Part shown: positions 38,551 through 47,412 of the stretch, one piece after another
Numbering within the stretch: the stretch's first letter is position 1
Layout: the number at the start of each line of letters is the position of its first letter
Virus record (IMG/VR): IMGVR_UViG_3300005518_000002
Coordinates: 1-64,000 of that record
DNA: 64,000 nt
Origin: a virus
Strand: one strand, 5' to 3'
Notes under the pieces: generated by a model
Database searches by the model: none
Seen by the model: only the letters and a program-made list of their open reading frames with translations
Told to the model about the DNA's origin: nothing
Program-made: the position numbers and the translations under genes

Positions 38551-39600
38551 TCACGCAGACGCCAGCCATTCGGGATGAGCCAGGGTCCAGGCAACAGTCT
38601 TGGCCATGGAGTCGTCCAGACTGATCGGCGCGCGCCAGCCGAGGTCAGCAATCTTGGAGCCGTCCAGTGCGTAGCGCAGATCATGGCCGGGGCGCGAGGA
38701 GTGGAAACTCTCCATCTTGATCTCCGGGGGCCGACGGGCCTGGAGACCGGCCAGACGCATCCATTCGTAGATCATGCCTACCAGGTCGAGATTATTGACC
38801 TCCCTGTCCCCCACGATGTGGAACCGGGGCGGCCTGCGCGCGCCGCCCGCGTAGGGGACCATGTCGACTTTCTCGTCCAGAACCTGGCGAGCGAGGTAGA
38901 GCCAGGCGTCCGCGAGGTTGCGCGCGTGGAGGTAGAAACGGGAGCCCGGGGTCCCGTCCGGCGCGCAGTGCACGATGACCGGCACACTACGCATGATCTT
39001 GCTCATGGTCATCGGCACGAACTTCTCGGGATCCTGCATCTCCCCGACGATGTTCATCGTATTCGTGATGACCACCGGCACACCGTAGGTGCGCCAGTAG
39101 CTGAAGCAGATCGCCTCCTGCGCAGCCTTGCTGGCGCTGTAGGGATTGGACGGTGCGAGCGTTTCCCACTCCTTGTGCCGGTGGTCGCCGTAGGCCGGAC
39201 CGTAGACCTCGTCCGTGCTCATCTGGAGGAAAATCTTCGGCTTGTGCCGCCGGGCCAGCTCCAGCACGTTGAGCATCAGCGAGGTGTTGTTCAGGGTGAA
39301 GCCGACGGGATCTTCAATCGACCGGTCCACGTGGCTCTCCGAGGCGACGTTCATGAACACCTCGCAGCCCTCCAGCGCAGCGTGGAGACTCATGGGCGCG
39401 GGGGCCTGCATGTCCCAGTGGACGATGGTCACGCGCCGGGCCCACTTGTCGTCACCGCAGGTGCTCGAAGCGATGCGCTCCGGCATGCCCTTGTGCTGGA
39501 ACGAGACAGAGCAGACGATCTCCCAGTCCGTCTCCATGAGCAGGTGGCGCAGGACGTGCGAGCCGACGAAGCCACCGGCTCCGGTGAGGAACGCCTTCAT
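38551..39600 (-). CDS. rmlB: NDP-sugar 4,6-dehydratase (dTDP-glucose 4,6-dehydratase-like)
   Basis: TGAGGFVG, ASESHVDRSI, STDEVYG, PYSASKA, RPGHDLRYA. Confidence 0.9.
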   Translation of the reverse strand: MKAFLTGAGGFVGSHVLRHLLMETDWEIVCSVSFQHKGMPERIASSTCGDDKWARRVTIVHWDMQAPAPMSLHAALEGCEVFMNVASESHVDRSIEDPVGFTLNNTSLMLNVLELARRHKPKIFLQMSTDEVYGPAYGDHRHKEWETLAPSNPYSASKAAQEAICFSYWRTYGVPVVITNTMNIVGEMQDPEKFVPMTMSKIMRSVPVIVHCAPDGTPGSRFYLHARNLADAWLYLARQVLDEKVDMVPYAGGARRPPRFHIVGDREVNNLDLVGMIYEWMRLAGLQARRPPEIKMESFHSSRPGHDLRYALDGSKIADLGWRAPISLDDSMAKTVAWTLAHPEWLASA

Positions 39601-39616
39601 GATCTTGCTCCTGTGG

Positions 39617-40360
39617 TCAGGGGTGGACGATCCAGTTCGGGTTGCCGGACGCCACCGACGGGAACAGCGACGTGCCGACCGAGTGATAGCCGACGGCGAA
39701 GCGCCCCTGGAGCGGAGCCCAGCAGCTGTAGGCCCGCGCGGACTGCCGGACAGCGATCTTGGTTTCTTCCGCGTACTGCGCCGGGATGACGTACTGATCG
39801 CAAGGGATCTCGCCGGACAGTGCCTGCGACTCCCGCACCAGCCAGCGCACGTCCGGCCACGCGGCAGGATTCGCCTCACGGAGCTGCTTGAGCGCGAGCC
39901 CGTACATGGAATGGGTGGGGTCAACGTCCTGCCAGTGCATGGTGTACATGCCTGCCGCGGGGTCCAGATCGTGGAAGTACTGGAGGACTGCCTTGGCCTG
40001 GTCGATGGTGGGGGAGTCGTGACGCAGGGCCGTGTTGAGATGGATCTCCCCGGGCACGGCGCCGAGCAGCGCGGCGGAGTCCATGAACTCCGCATCCCGG
40101 CTGGCGACGATGTCGTCCGGGGTCAGGGTGGCGTATCCCTCCCGGGCCAGGTCGTGCGTTCCGCCCCACCAGGAGTTCGCCGTCAGGCCATTGATCGAGT
40201 CGATGGCTGTGGTGGTGCGGCCGGGCGCACCGAGGATGAACGAAACCCGGCGGCCGACACGGGCGTGGTACCAGGCAACCTGTCCCATGGACAGGCAGTC
40301 GTCGTCCGCATGGGGCGAGAGGAAGTACACCCGGCGCCCGGTCGGATTGATGATCGTCAA
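39617..40360 (-). CDS. PIG-L/LmbE-family deacetylase
   Basis: SPHADDD, R.AEF..S...LG, D..PTH. Confidence 0.8.
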   Translation of the reverse strand: MTIINPTGRRVYFLSPHADDDCLSMGQVAWYHARVGRRVSFILGAPGRTTTAIDSINGLTANSWWGGTHDLAREGYATLTPDDIVASRDAEFMDSAALLGAVPGEIHLNTALRHDSPTIDQAKAVLQYFHDLDPAAGMYTMHWQDVDPTHSMYGLALKQLREANPAAWPDVRWLVRESQALSGEIPCDQYVIPAQYAEETKIAVRQSARAYSCWAPLQGRFAVGYHSVGTSLFPSVASGNPNWIVHP

Positions 40361-40374
40361 GCTGGTCTCCTCGG

Positions 40375-40587
40375 TCAGTCACCAGGCTGGTAGCGGACGG
40401 AGTCCGCCGTGTCGGACATCTCTTTGAGCCCGCGCATGAGAGTCAGGATCTCCTCCACGCTGTAGCCGCGGAACTCCTGCGTTTCGCCGCTCAGGACCAC
40501 GTACCGCCGTTCGTCGTAGCCCAGGCGCAGGATTTCCCCGGCTCCCCAGTTCTCCGGATGGGCGGTGCCGCCCTGCGATTCGGTCAT
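40375..40587 (-). CDS. hypothetical protein
   Basis: RBS GGAG; operon position. Confidence 0.55.
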   Translation of the reverse strand: MTESQGGTAHPENWGAGEILRLGYDERRYVVLSGETQEFRGYSVEEILTLMRGLKEMSDTADSVRYQPGD

Positions 40588-40589
40588 GG

Positions 40590-41234
40590 TCAGTCTCCGC
40601 TCTCCGTGGTCTCTTCCACCACTTCACCGTCGATGGTGCGCAGGTGGGACTGTGCTGCTTCCAGCGCGAGCATACGCGACTGCGGTTCCAGTCCCGCGGC
40701 GTCGAACCCCGCGAGGATCGCTTCGGCCACCACGGCTGATTCGAGATCCTGCCGCCGCTCCAGTGCGACGTTCAGCTTCTCCGGAGCGTTGAGGCCGTGA
40801 CGCATGGTGTACCGGTCCTCCACCTTGAGCAGCCGGTCGATTGCCGCGAAGACGGGACCGAGGTCATTGACGGTTTCCTCCTCCCCGGTCTCCTCGTTAT
40901 GGATCTTTACGATCTTCCCGTTCTGGATCAGAGGATGCTTCCTGGACATGATCGTATAGAGCCTGCGGCGCAGATCGTCGTCGCGCATGTCGGCCAGCTG
41001 GACCAGTTCTTCGAGGTTCTGGTTCAGCTCGTTACGTGCTGTCATCAGTGCACGCTTGACGTCCTCGCACGCAGCAGCACGGGAAGGTTTGCCACCGCTA
41101 TCAAGGTAGGGGACAGCCTCAGCCACTTGTTCCCAGGTCAAACCCTGGTTCCGTAGCTTGATCGCCTTTGCTCGCCGTTGCGCAACGAGGGCCCGGTTGC
41201 TGTTCTCGTGCGACGGGGGAATGTGATGTCCCAC
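40590..41234 (-). CDS. terS: terminase small subunit (HTH)
   Basis: RR.KA..LR..G.TW..VA HTH; AIDRLLK...R....GL.AP; RBS GGAGG. Confidence 0.7.
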   Translation of the reverse strand: MGHHIPPSHENSNRALVAQRRAKAIKLRNQGLTWEQVAEAVPYLDSGGKPSRAAACEDVKRALMTARNELNQNLEELVQLADMRDDDLRRRLYTIMSRKHPLIQNGKIVKIHNEETGEEETVNDLGPVFAAIDRLLKVEDRYTMRHGLNAPEKLNVALERRQDLESAVVAEAILAGFDAAGLEPQSRMLALEAAQSHLRTIDGEVVEETTESGD

Positions 41235-41257
41235 TTGTTACCCCTCCAATAAAGTAA

Positions 41258-42151
41258 TCAGCGAGTGACGCCCTTGGTTGTCTCCCGGAACTCCTGCGCC
41301 CGCTTGATCTCTTCCCGCTCGCTCCCGCAGTTGACCATGGCCGTGCGCATGTAGCTGACGACGCTGATGCGCTCCGCCCCGCAGTCCGGGCAGGCCGAGG
41401 TGCGCGTCACCCCGCAGGCGCAGACGATGGCCGTGTTGCCGTGCCACTGGTGCGCGTCCATGAGGATCAGGTCGCCGTCCTGTAGATCCACGGCCACCCG
41501 GTACTCCGGGAAGACGAAGACTCCCCCGGTGTACTCCCCCCGGCGCAGCGTGAAGATCGTGCTGAAGCCCTTGTCCAGATCACCCTTGTCCGTGTGCACG
41601 CCGGTCGGGTACGTGTTGTTCACCGTGATCGTGGTAAACGGGGTACCCGGCACCACCCAGTCATCGTGCGTCCGGCCGATCTCCTCCATCTGCGCCTGCC
41701 AGCGGTCCGGCACGTGGATGCTCATCTGCTCGGAGACCTGACGGAGCAGCGGATGCAGCGCCTGCCACTCCGGGAGGTGGCGACCGGTCCACTGGGTGAG
41801 GCGGCAGAAGTTGAAGGCGTTGGTCGGGTCAGCCGAACCGATCATCGAACTGGCAAGGTTCTTGGCATAGGTGCGCTTCTGTTCTCCGACCTTGACCCTG
41901 CGGGTGGCACCGGCCAGGCCCCGGTTGTCCGTACGTACGCTGCGCAGCGAGTGCAGGATCTCGTACTGCTCGGGAGTGACGGCTTCGCGCATGGCTCCGG
42001 GGAGGTACACGCACAGCGGCCGCCCGTCGGGCAGGAGAAGACGGGTGGGTCCGGTCATCAGCAGGCTGTACGCCCCGGACGTGATGACCTTGCCCTTCAT
42101 CTCCTCCAGTGTCTGAGGGTCGATACGGCTGCGCAGCCGGGCACTGATCAC
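41258..42151 (-). CDS. TET/JBP-family 2-oxoglutarate/Fe(II) dioxygenase
   Basis: CRLT, PFTTITVN, H.D (HTDKGD), GG...FPEY, HGNT, ERISVV.Y.R. Confidence 0.88.
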   Translation of the reverse strand: MISARLRSRIDPQTLEEMKGKVITSGAYSLLMTGPTRLLLPDGRPLCVYLPGAMREAVTPEQYEILHSLRSVRTDNRGLAGATRRVKVGEQKRTYAKNLASSMIGSADPTNAFNFCRLTQWTGRHLPEWQALHPLLRQVSEQMSIHVPDRWQAQMEEIGRTHDDWVVPGTPFTTITVNNTYPTGVHTDKGDLDKGFSTIFTLRRGEYTGGVFVFPEYRVAVDLQDGDLILMDAHQWHGNTAIVCACGVTRTSACPDCGAERISVVSYMRTAMVNCGSEREEIKRAQEFRETTKGVTR

Positions 42152-42732
42152 GAGCGCACTCCGTCCGTGAGGAATCCGAGAGCGGGGATGTCCTGCACCC
42201 GTTCAGCCATGCAGCCGGGCTCCACCAGATGCGTGCTGGTCATGGAGTGGAAGTCGATGCCCCCGTCAGCCGCTGCCCACTCCGCCAGGTTGTACGCGCG
42301 GGTCTGGGCTCCCTTGCGCCAGCTGTAGTTCTGGGACGTGCCCCGCTGCGCGCAGCGATGATCCAGGACATCGTCGTCCGCATACAGGTAGAGCAGGTGG
42401 ACCCGCACTCCCGCAGCCGTCAGCCGGGACAGGAAGGGACGCGTGGCCAGCCGGGCTCCCTCCCCCAGGGCGAAGTCGACCGGGGTGCGCAGCAGGAAGT
42501 CCGAGGCACGGAAGGAGATGTCCATGGCCAGGCTGTCCGTGCCGGGATGCTGCTGACGGGGCACTCCGAGTTCGAGCCCGTGCAGGGCTCCGCTGTTCAT
42601 GGAGCGCAGCAGCGTGTGCGGCACGGGCGGACCCTTGACGACTTCCATGTCCCAGGGCAGGCGCAGGTAGCGCATCAGCGTGGACTTGCCGACGCCGGGT
42701 GCTCCGCAGATGTACAGCAGGTCTTTGATCAC
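42148..42732 (-). CDS. P-loop kinase, 5-hmdU DNA kinase-like
   Basis: GAPGVGKST, GTDSLAM, EGARL, R...RG..Q...W.KG. Confidence 0.8.
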   Translation of the reverse strand: MIKDLLYICGAPGVGKSTLMRYLRLPWDMEVVKGPPVPHTLLRSMNSGALHGLELGVPRQQHPGTDSLAMDISFRASDFLLRTPVDFALGEGARLATRPFLSRLTAAGVRVHLLYLYADDDVLDHRCAQRGTSQNYSWRKGAQTRAYNLAEWAAADGGIDFHSMTSTHLVEPGCMAERVQDIPALGFLTDGVRS

Positions 42733-43577
42733 AGTGGTCCTCCGACGATCCAGAAGCAGGTCGTGCCGTCCCGGCGCTTCCACCAGTCCGGCGCAAGCTG
42801 GTCCAGATGGTGGGCGACCTTTCCCTCATAGGTGGGGTGCAGGACGATGCCGTCCAGCGTGTGGGGCTGCCGGTCACCGTAGGCATAGACGCCTGTGCCG
42901 TGCAGGTCGATGTGCTCGTAATCATCCCAGACCAGACCCATGCGCAGCAGCCGCGCGCGCATCCACTCCCGCCGGTCCGGGCCTATGCCGATCAGCTTGA
43001 CCTCCACGTCGCTGCGCTTGTGGGCGATCAGTCCGGTGAGGATGCCGGTCGCGGTGTTCGCCGACCCGAACGGGATCACCAGCGTGCGCACCTCCAGCGG
43101 CAGGTTGGCGACCTGTTCGGCCACGGGACCGTGGAACGCCATGAGCTCCACAGCACTGGCGTCCGGCGGGGTGGTGATGCCGTACTCCAGGAGATAGGCC
43201 GAGCCGTCCCTCCGCACGAGCTCCCGGGCTGCGCGCTGCAAGGCCGGGTTGTACCCCACGCCGATGAAATCGAAGTCCGCTCCGGCCGCCTGAGCAATCT
43301 GCGGAGAGGGGTGGCGGAAGGCAGTCGACGGACGGGTGCCCCCGTAGATCACGAGGCAGTCCATGTCCAGCTCCCGCGCCGTGATGGAGACCATGGCCGC
43401 CTGCGGGCTGAGCACGCTGCACGCGGTGACCACCCGGGTGTAGCCGAGGGCGGACGCGCGGCGGAGCAGGTGCTGGCAGGCACGGAGCTTGGATCCGTTG
43501 ATGCCGTGCTGTCCGGTGTAGAGATCTTCCCGCTTGAGCTGGAGTCCGCCGCGCAGCTGTACGGGGGTCAGATCCAC
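42729..43577 (-). CDS. PLP-dependent enzyme, fold type II
   Basis: LTPV...LKREDL...NGSKLR (Schiff-base Lys), SPQ, PFGSANT, LHPTYEGK, FWIVG; GTG start with RBS GGGAG. Confidence 0.85.
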   Translation of the reverse strand: MDLTPVQLRGGLQLKREDLYTGQHGINGSKLRACQHLLRRASALGYTRVVTACSVLSPQAAMVSITARELDMDCLVIYGGTRPSTAFRHPSPQIAQAAGADFDFIGVGYNPALQRAARELVRRDGSAYLLEYGITTPPDASAVELMAFHGPVAEQVANLPLEVRTLVIPFGSANTATGILTGLIAHKRSDVEVKLIGIGPDRREWMRARLLRMGLVWDDYEHIDLHGTGVYAYGDRQPHTLDGIVLHPTYEGKVAHHLDQLAPDWWKRRDGTTCFWIVGGPL

Positions 43578-44644
43578 CGGATCTCCCGGCGCCCGAAGCT
43601 GCCCTGCGCCACGGCGGACTCGAAGCCATTGGCGAAGCAGGGCCACTCCTCCGTCATGTTGATCACTTCTCCGTGTTCGAGGAACCAGTTCTGCTTGACC
43701 GGCACGCAGCCGGGGTCCAGCGGACTGTCCTCCAGGAGGAGCCGGGGCGGGAATGCGGTGCGCCGGGCCTCCCACAGCAGATCGAACCTCCGCCCGAACT
43801 TGATCTCTCCGTGGCGGATGCGGTCGTACAGCATGTCGTTGTACACACCGGGGTAGCGCCGGTTCGGCTTGTGCCAGCTCTTGAAGGTGCACAGCGCACT
43901 CTCCAGGCTGAGGTAGCCCAGCGCACGGTCGTCCCAGCCGAGCGTGCGCACCAGGTCCCGTGCGTCCCCCAGAAGCCGGGCACCCTCGGATTCGAGCTTC
44001 CTGATCATTCCCGGGGAGTAGCGCCCGCCGTAGCTGCCGAGCTGGTGGTCACTGATCCAGCCCTCGTGTCCGGACACCAGGCACAGGCCGTTGCGGTGGG
44101 AGCGGGATCCGGAGATGTCCTGGAGCATCAGCGTGTCCGCGTCGGGCACCGGCAGGCCGAGGATGCGCAGGTACTCCAGGTAGCTCCAGGCCGAGAGCCG
44201 TCCCATGGTCGGAATGGCGAGAGCACGCTCCCAGCAGCTGTCCCAGTCACCCTTGCGCCAGTAGCGGGCCTGTCCCGCTCCGGTCAGCGCACGGTACCCG
44301 GCGCAGGCCCGGGGGAACTTGGCCTTGTGGTAGCGGCGGTCGGTGTCCCACTGGAGCGCGCCCCAGTGCTCGTTGAGAAAGGCGACGGCCTTGTCCGAGT
44401 CCTCCGGCCGGGGCGCAGCCCCGAACAGCAGCAGCGTCGTGACGGGGTTCTGCGTGTTGCCGTTGAGGAAAGCGAGCCAGGCCCGCTGCTCCTCGTCGAG
44501 GTCCAGCTCCCGGGCGACGTGCGGCAGCACGTAATGCACACCGCCGGGGAAGGACTGGTACTTCAGGGACCAGGCGTAGAAGCGCAGGAAGATCTCCCTC
44601 CGGTACTCGGGCTTGCGGAAGTCAGCGCCGTGCTCAGGATTCAT
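43568..44644 (-). CDS. amino acid:DNA transferase (aGPT-Pplase2-like)
   Basis: NGNTQNP, WDTDRRY.K, GRLS.WSYLEY, SRSHRNGL, LES.LC..K......RYP..Y.DM. Confidence 0.8.
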   Translation of the reverse strand: MNPEHGADFRKPEYRREIFLRFYAWSLKYQSFPGGVHYVLPHVARELDLDEEQRAWLAFLNGNTQNPVTTLLLFGAAPRPEDSDKAVAFLNEHWGALQWDTDRRYHKAKFPRACAGYRALTGAGQARYWRKGDWDSCWERALAIPTMGRLSAWSYLEYLRILGLPVPDADTLMLQDISGSRSHRNGLCLVSGHEGWISDHQLGSYGGRYSPGMIRKLESEGARLLGDARDLVRTLGWDDRALGYLSLESALCTFKSWHKPNRRYPGVYNDMLYDRIRHGEIKFGRRFDLLWEARRTAFPPRLLLEDSPLDPGCVPVKQNWFLEHGEVINMTEEWPCFANGFESAVAQGSFGRREIRWI

Positions 44645-45404
44645 CCGGACCCTCCGGGGAGTCCGCGTACTCCAGCGCGTTGCCCTCGTCGCTCAGTCCG
44701 TGCTGGTCGATCACCCGCGCGGTCACCCGGGCCGCGCACAGCAGGATCTCTCCCTGGCTGCGGGCGCCCAGATTCTCCCGGATCTTCATGATCAGCTGTC
44801 CGAGCTCGTCGGCCTGCGCACTGGGCAGGGCGAGGACGATGTCCCGCACCCCCCGGCTGGCCATCGTCGTGGAGTCGTGTCCGCCGTGGGACGCAATACG
44901 CCGCTCCACGTCCTCCGGGGTGTCGTTCCAGGACGTATCGGGGGTGGCATAGGGGGTCACCTCGGCCTCCTCTCCTGAGGCTGCCTCCAGGGCTTCCAGG
45001 AGGTCCGCCACTTCGTCATCCGCGAAGCCGGTCCCCTCGTAGTCGCCCTCCAGCGCGGTGAGCAGCGCGGCGAGAGCTCCGGAGTCGTAGTCCCCGTCGT
45101 CGGCCGCCTTGTTGTCCACCAGGTTGATCTTTTTGGCGGTCCTGTCGTCGCACGTGATCACCTCGCAGCGGGCTTCGGTCTCGCCCTCCTCGGCCAGCGC
45201 GATCATCGTGTGGTTGCCCGCCAGCACGACCAGCCCGGCGTCCGGCGTCTCGCGGACGACCAGGGACCGGTACTGACCGTGCTCCCGCAGGCTTCCGCGG
45301 ATCACGTCCACCCGGCCACGCTTGGCGTTGCCCGGGAAGGGGGTCAGCTCCCCCAGGGGGATGACATCGGTGCGGACATAGGTGCTCTTGGCTGTCTGGG
45401 TCAT
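44634..45404 (-). CDS. ParB/Srx-fold protein
   Basis: L.P.PGNA.RG....I..SL...GQ...LVV...VLAGNHT, LVDNK...G.YD. Confidence 0.85.
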   Translation of the reverse strand: MTQTAKSTYVRTDVIPLGELTPFPGNAKRGRVDVIRGSLREHGQYRSLVVRETPDAGLVVLAGNHTMIALAEEGETEARCEVITCDDRTAKKINLVDNKAADDGDYDSGALAALLTALEGDYEGTGFADDEVADLLEALEAASGEEAEVTPYATPDTSWNDTPEDVERRIASHGGHDSTTMASRGVRDIVLALPSAQADELGQLIMKIRENLGARSQGEILLCAARVTARVIDQHGLSDEGNALEYADSPEGPDES

Positions 45405-45757
45405 CGGGCTTTCCTCGCTCCTCGGACGGTCCACTGGACAACATGATCCAGCTCATGGCGCACAACAGCGTCCAGCCGCTTCTGCGCCTCGGGACTCAGC
45501 AGTACGTACGAGCACCCGGTGCGCCGCTCGATGCGCTCCAGGACGATGTCCTCCAGCTGCTGGTTCGTCCTTCTGATCCAGTTGTCGGTATCCAGGCAAC
45601 CAGCCTGGAACACCTGATATTCGAGCAGTCTGGTCTTCCGCTCCTGCTTCTTCCGCCGACCGGCAGGGGTGAGTTCGTTCTCCCTGATCAGGAAGACGGC
45701 CAGACCGAAAAACGTCAGGGTGGTCACGATGAGGCCGATCACCGTTTCAGCGTTCAC
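45401..45757 (-). CDS. membrane-anchored hypothetical protein
   Basis: N-terminal TM; ATGA coupling to the ParB-like gene. Confidence 0.6.
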   Translation of the reverse strand: MNAETVIGLIVTTLTFFGLAVFLIRENELTPAGRRKKQERKTRLLEYQVFQAGCLDTDNWIRRTNQQLEDIVLERIERRTGCSYVLLSPEAQKRLDAVVRHELDHVVQWTVRGARKAR

Positions 45758-46058
45758 GGTTGCCCTCCCAGACGATGCCCCGGGAGAAACCCCCGCGCTC
45801 CATGGCCTTCGCCCTGCGGATCTCCTCCAGCTCCGACGCACTGACGCCGAGACCCAGCGCCAGCGTGTAGACGACTTCGAGCACGTCGGCCAGTTCCTCC
45901 GGCGCGGTCCTGTCGTCGGCCTGGAGGAATTCACCGACTTCTTCGGTCAGCTTCTGGCGCAGCCTGCGGCGGTACTCTGCGGAGTCCGCGATGTGGGTGA
46001 CGGGCTCCTGCCCGTTCTCCCGGCAGATCTCAGGGATCCTGTCCCTCACGAGCTTCAT
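45747..46058 (-). CDS. MazG-like nucleoside triphosphate pyrophosphohydrolase
   Basis: KLVRDRIPEI, KL.EEV.EF, EELADVLEV, ERGGF. Confidence 0.85.
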   Translation of the reverse strand: MKLVRDRIPEICRENGQEPVTHIADSAEYRRRLRQKLTEEVGEFLQADDRTAPEELADVLEVVYTLALGLGVSASELEEIRRAKAMERGGFSRGIVWEGNRER

Positions 46059-46246
46059 GACGGTGTCCTGCCGCTCCGCTTCAGCAGCTGCGCGGCGATA
46101 GCACTGATCTCCTCGGCCACGGCCCCCACCACGGCCGCGCCGTGCTCCCGCTCCAGCTCTTCGGGCCACCAGCCCGCCTGAACCACAGACTTCAGGATGA
46201 GCGCCGCGCGGAACGCCGCATACTTCTTGATCTCTGCCTTGTTCAT
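46055..46246 (-). CDS. hypothetical protein
   Basis: RBS AAGGAG; MNKAEIKKY. Confidence 0.6.
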   Translation of the reverse strand: MNKAEIKKYAAFRAALILKSVVQAGWWPEELEREHGAAVVGAVAEEISAIAAQLLKRSGRTPS

Positions 46247-46494
46247 GCCTGCTCCTTGATCACTTCTGGTCCGAACAGTGTCGCCCTGTCGGAGTAGTCG
46301 GCCATGAAGTTGCCCGGTGCACCGACGGGAGACCGTGAGCACACGTCATAGAAGATCACATCCGCACTCGTGTCCTGGTCCGGGAGTGCACCGGAATACC
46401 CCAGACACAAGTGGTCCTGGTCCGGGAGGTGACTTTCGGGAAGGTCGCAGCCGTGGGACGTCCAGCACACAGGACATGTACGGACCGATTTCAT
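46243..46494 (-). CDS. hypothetical Cys/His-rich protein
   Basis: CPVCW.SHGC; ATGA couplings. Confidence 0.6.
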   Translation of the reverse strand: MKSVRTCPVCWTSHGCDLPESHLPDQDHLCLGYSGALPDQDTSADVIFYDVCSRSPVGAPGNFMADYSDRATLFGPEVIKEQA

Positions 46495-46988
46495 ACCTGC
46501 TCCTTGGTCAGTTGTCCGGCCAGGCGCCGCTCCCAGCGCTCAGCCTCCTTCTCATGACACGTGATCAGGTTCGTCGCGATCCGCACGTCGCGGTCGCTCA
46601 TCTCCTCCAGGCCGTAATTGTTGCGCAGCCAGGTCATCTTCCGGGCCCGGTGCCCGCGCTGGTTCAGCTGTACGCAGTGCACGAGTTCGTGCACGCAGGT
46701 GGCGGCAGCCTGGAGACCGTCACCCCGGGGGTGCAGGTCCCAGTTGACCAGCACCAGACATCCCGTCCGGTTCAGTGTGGTGCATCCGTAGGGAACGTCC
46801 GTCTCGGGCCACAGCGGAGCGCTGCGGATGCGCAGCACTTCCTGTTCCGCGCGCTCCCGGATCCGGTTGAGCTCGTGCCCGCGCACGATCTCCAGCGTCA
46901 CCCGTCCGGGGTCCCCCACCCGGCGCCGGACCAGATCCCTGGCCCGGCCGAAGATCTCAAAGATCTCTTTGATGTCAGGACGGTTCAC
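46491..46988 (-). CDS. HExxH (zincin-like) protein
   Basis: VHELVHCVQ ... HEKEA; GTG after RBS AGGAG. Confidence 0.6.
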   Translation of the reverse strand: MNRPDIKEIFEIFGRARDLVRRRVGDPGRVTLEIVRGHELNRIRERAEQEVLRIRSAPLWPETDVPYGCTTLNRTGCLVLVNWDLHPRGDGLQAAATCVHELVHCVQLNQRGHRARKMTWLRNNYGLEEMSDRDVRIATNLITCHEKEAERWERRLAGQLTKEQV

Positions 46989-47203
46989 GGGGTACTCCTG
47001 TTCACCGGCAGCTCGCCCCACGTGGCCAGGAATGCCTCGCTGCTCTGCTGGCCGCTGGCCACGGCACGCTCGTCCATCCGGCGAGCCGCATGCTGCGCTT
47101 CCTCCGTGCCGCCCTCCAGGTAGGTCTGGAGATCGTAAGAGTTCAGGTCCGTGCAGCCTTCGGGGTAGGCATACGTGTCCGGGCGGTCGTCCGGGTGCGT
47201 CAT
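46985..47203 (-). CDS. hypothetical protein
   Basis: RBS AGGAG. Confidence 0.6.
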   Translation of the reverse strand: MTHPDDRPDTYAYPEGCTDLNSYDLQTYLEGGTEEAQHAARRMDERAVASGQQSSEAFLATWGELPVNRSTP

Positions 47204-47218
47204 GATCAGTGCTCCTGT

Positions 47219-47410
47219 TCAGTGATCGGTGGATTCTGCATGCTCGGCCGCCGTGATGATCGCAACGGCGTCGCTCCGGAAGCTCCGGTCCTTCATCTGT
47301 TCGCAGCCTGAGCAGATGACGCGCCGCTGTCCGGTCTCGCGGTCGGCCTCCGCGTAGACGAAGGAACCGTAGAGGGTTTCAGGGATCTTGCTGATCCTCT
47401 CCCACGCCAT
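47219..47410 (-). CDS. small zinc-finger-like protein
   Basis: CSGC...A.EHA. Confidence 0.55.
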   Translation of the reverse strand: MAWERISKIPETLYGSFVYAEADRETGQRRVICSGCEQMKDRSFRSDAVAIITAAEHAESTDH

Positions 47411-47412
47411 GA

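Noticed and set aside
42729-43577. ACC deaminase or D-cysteine desulfhydrase as a metabolic auxiliary gene
   Set aside because: Same fold, but tight coupling to the kinase and transferase indicates DNA modification
44634-45404. Plasmid-prophage partition system
   Set aside because: No ParA or parS seen; context is the modification cassette
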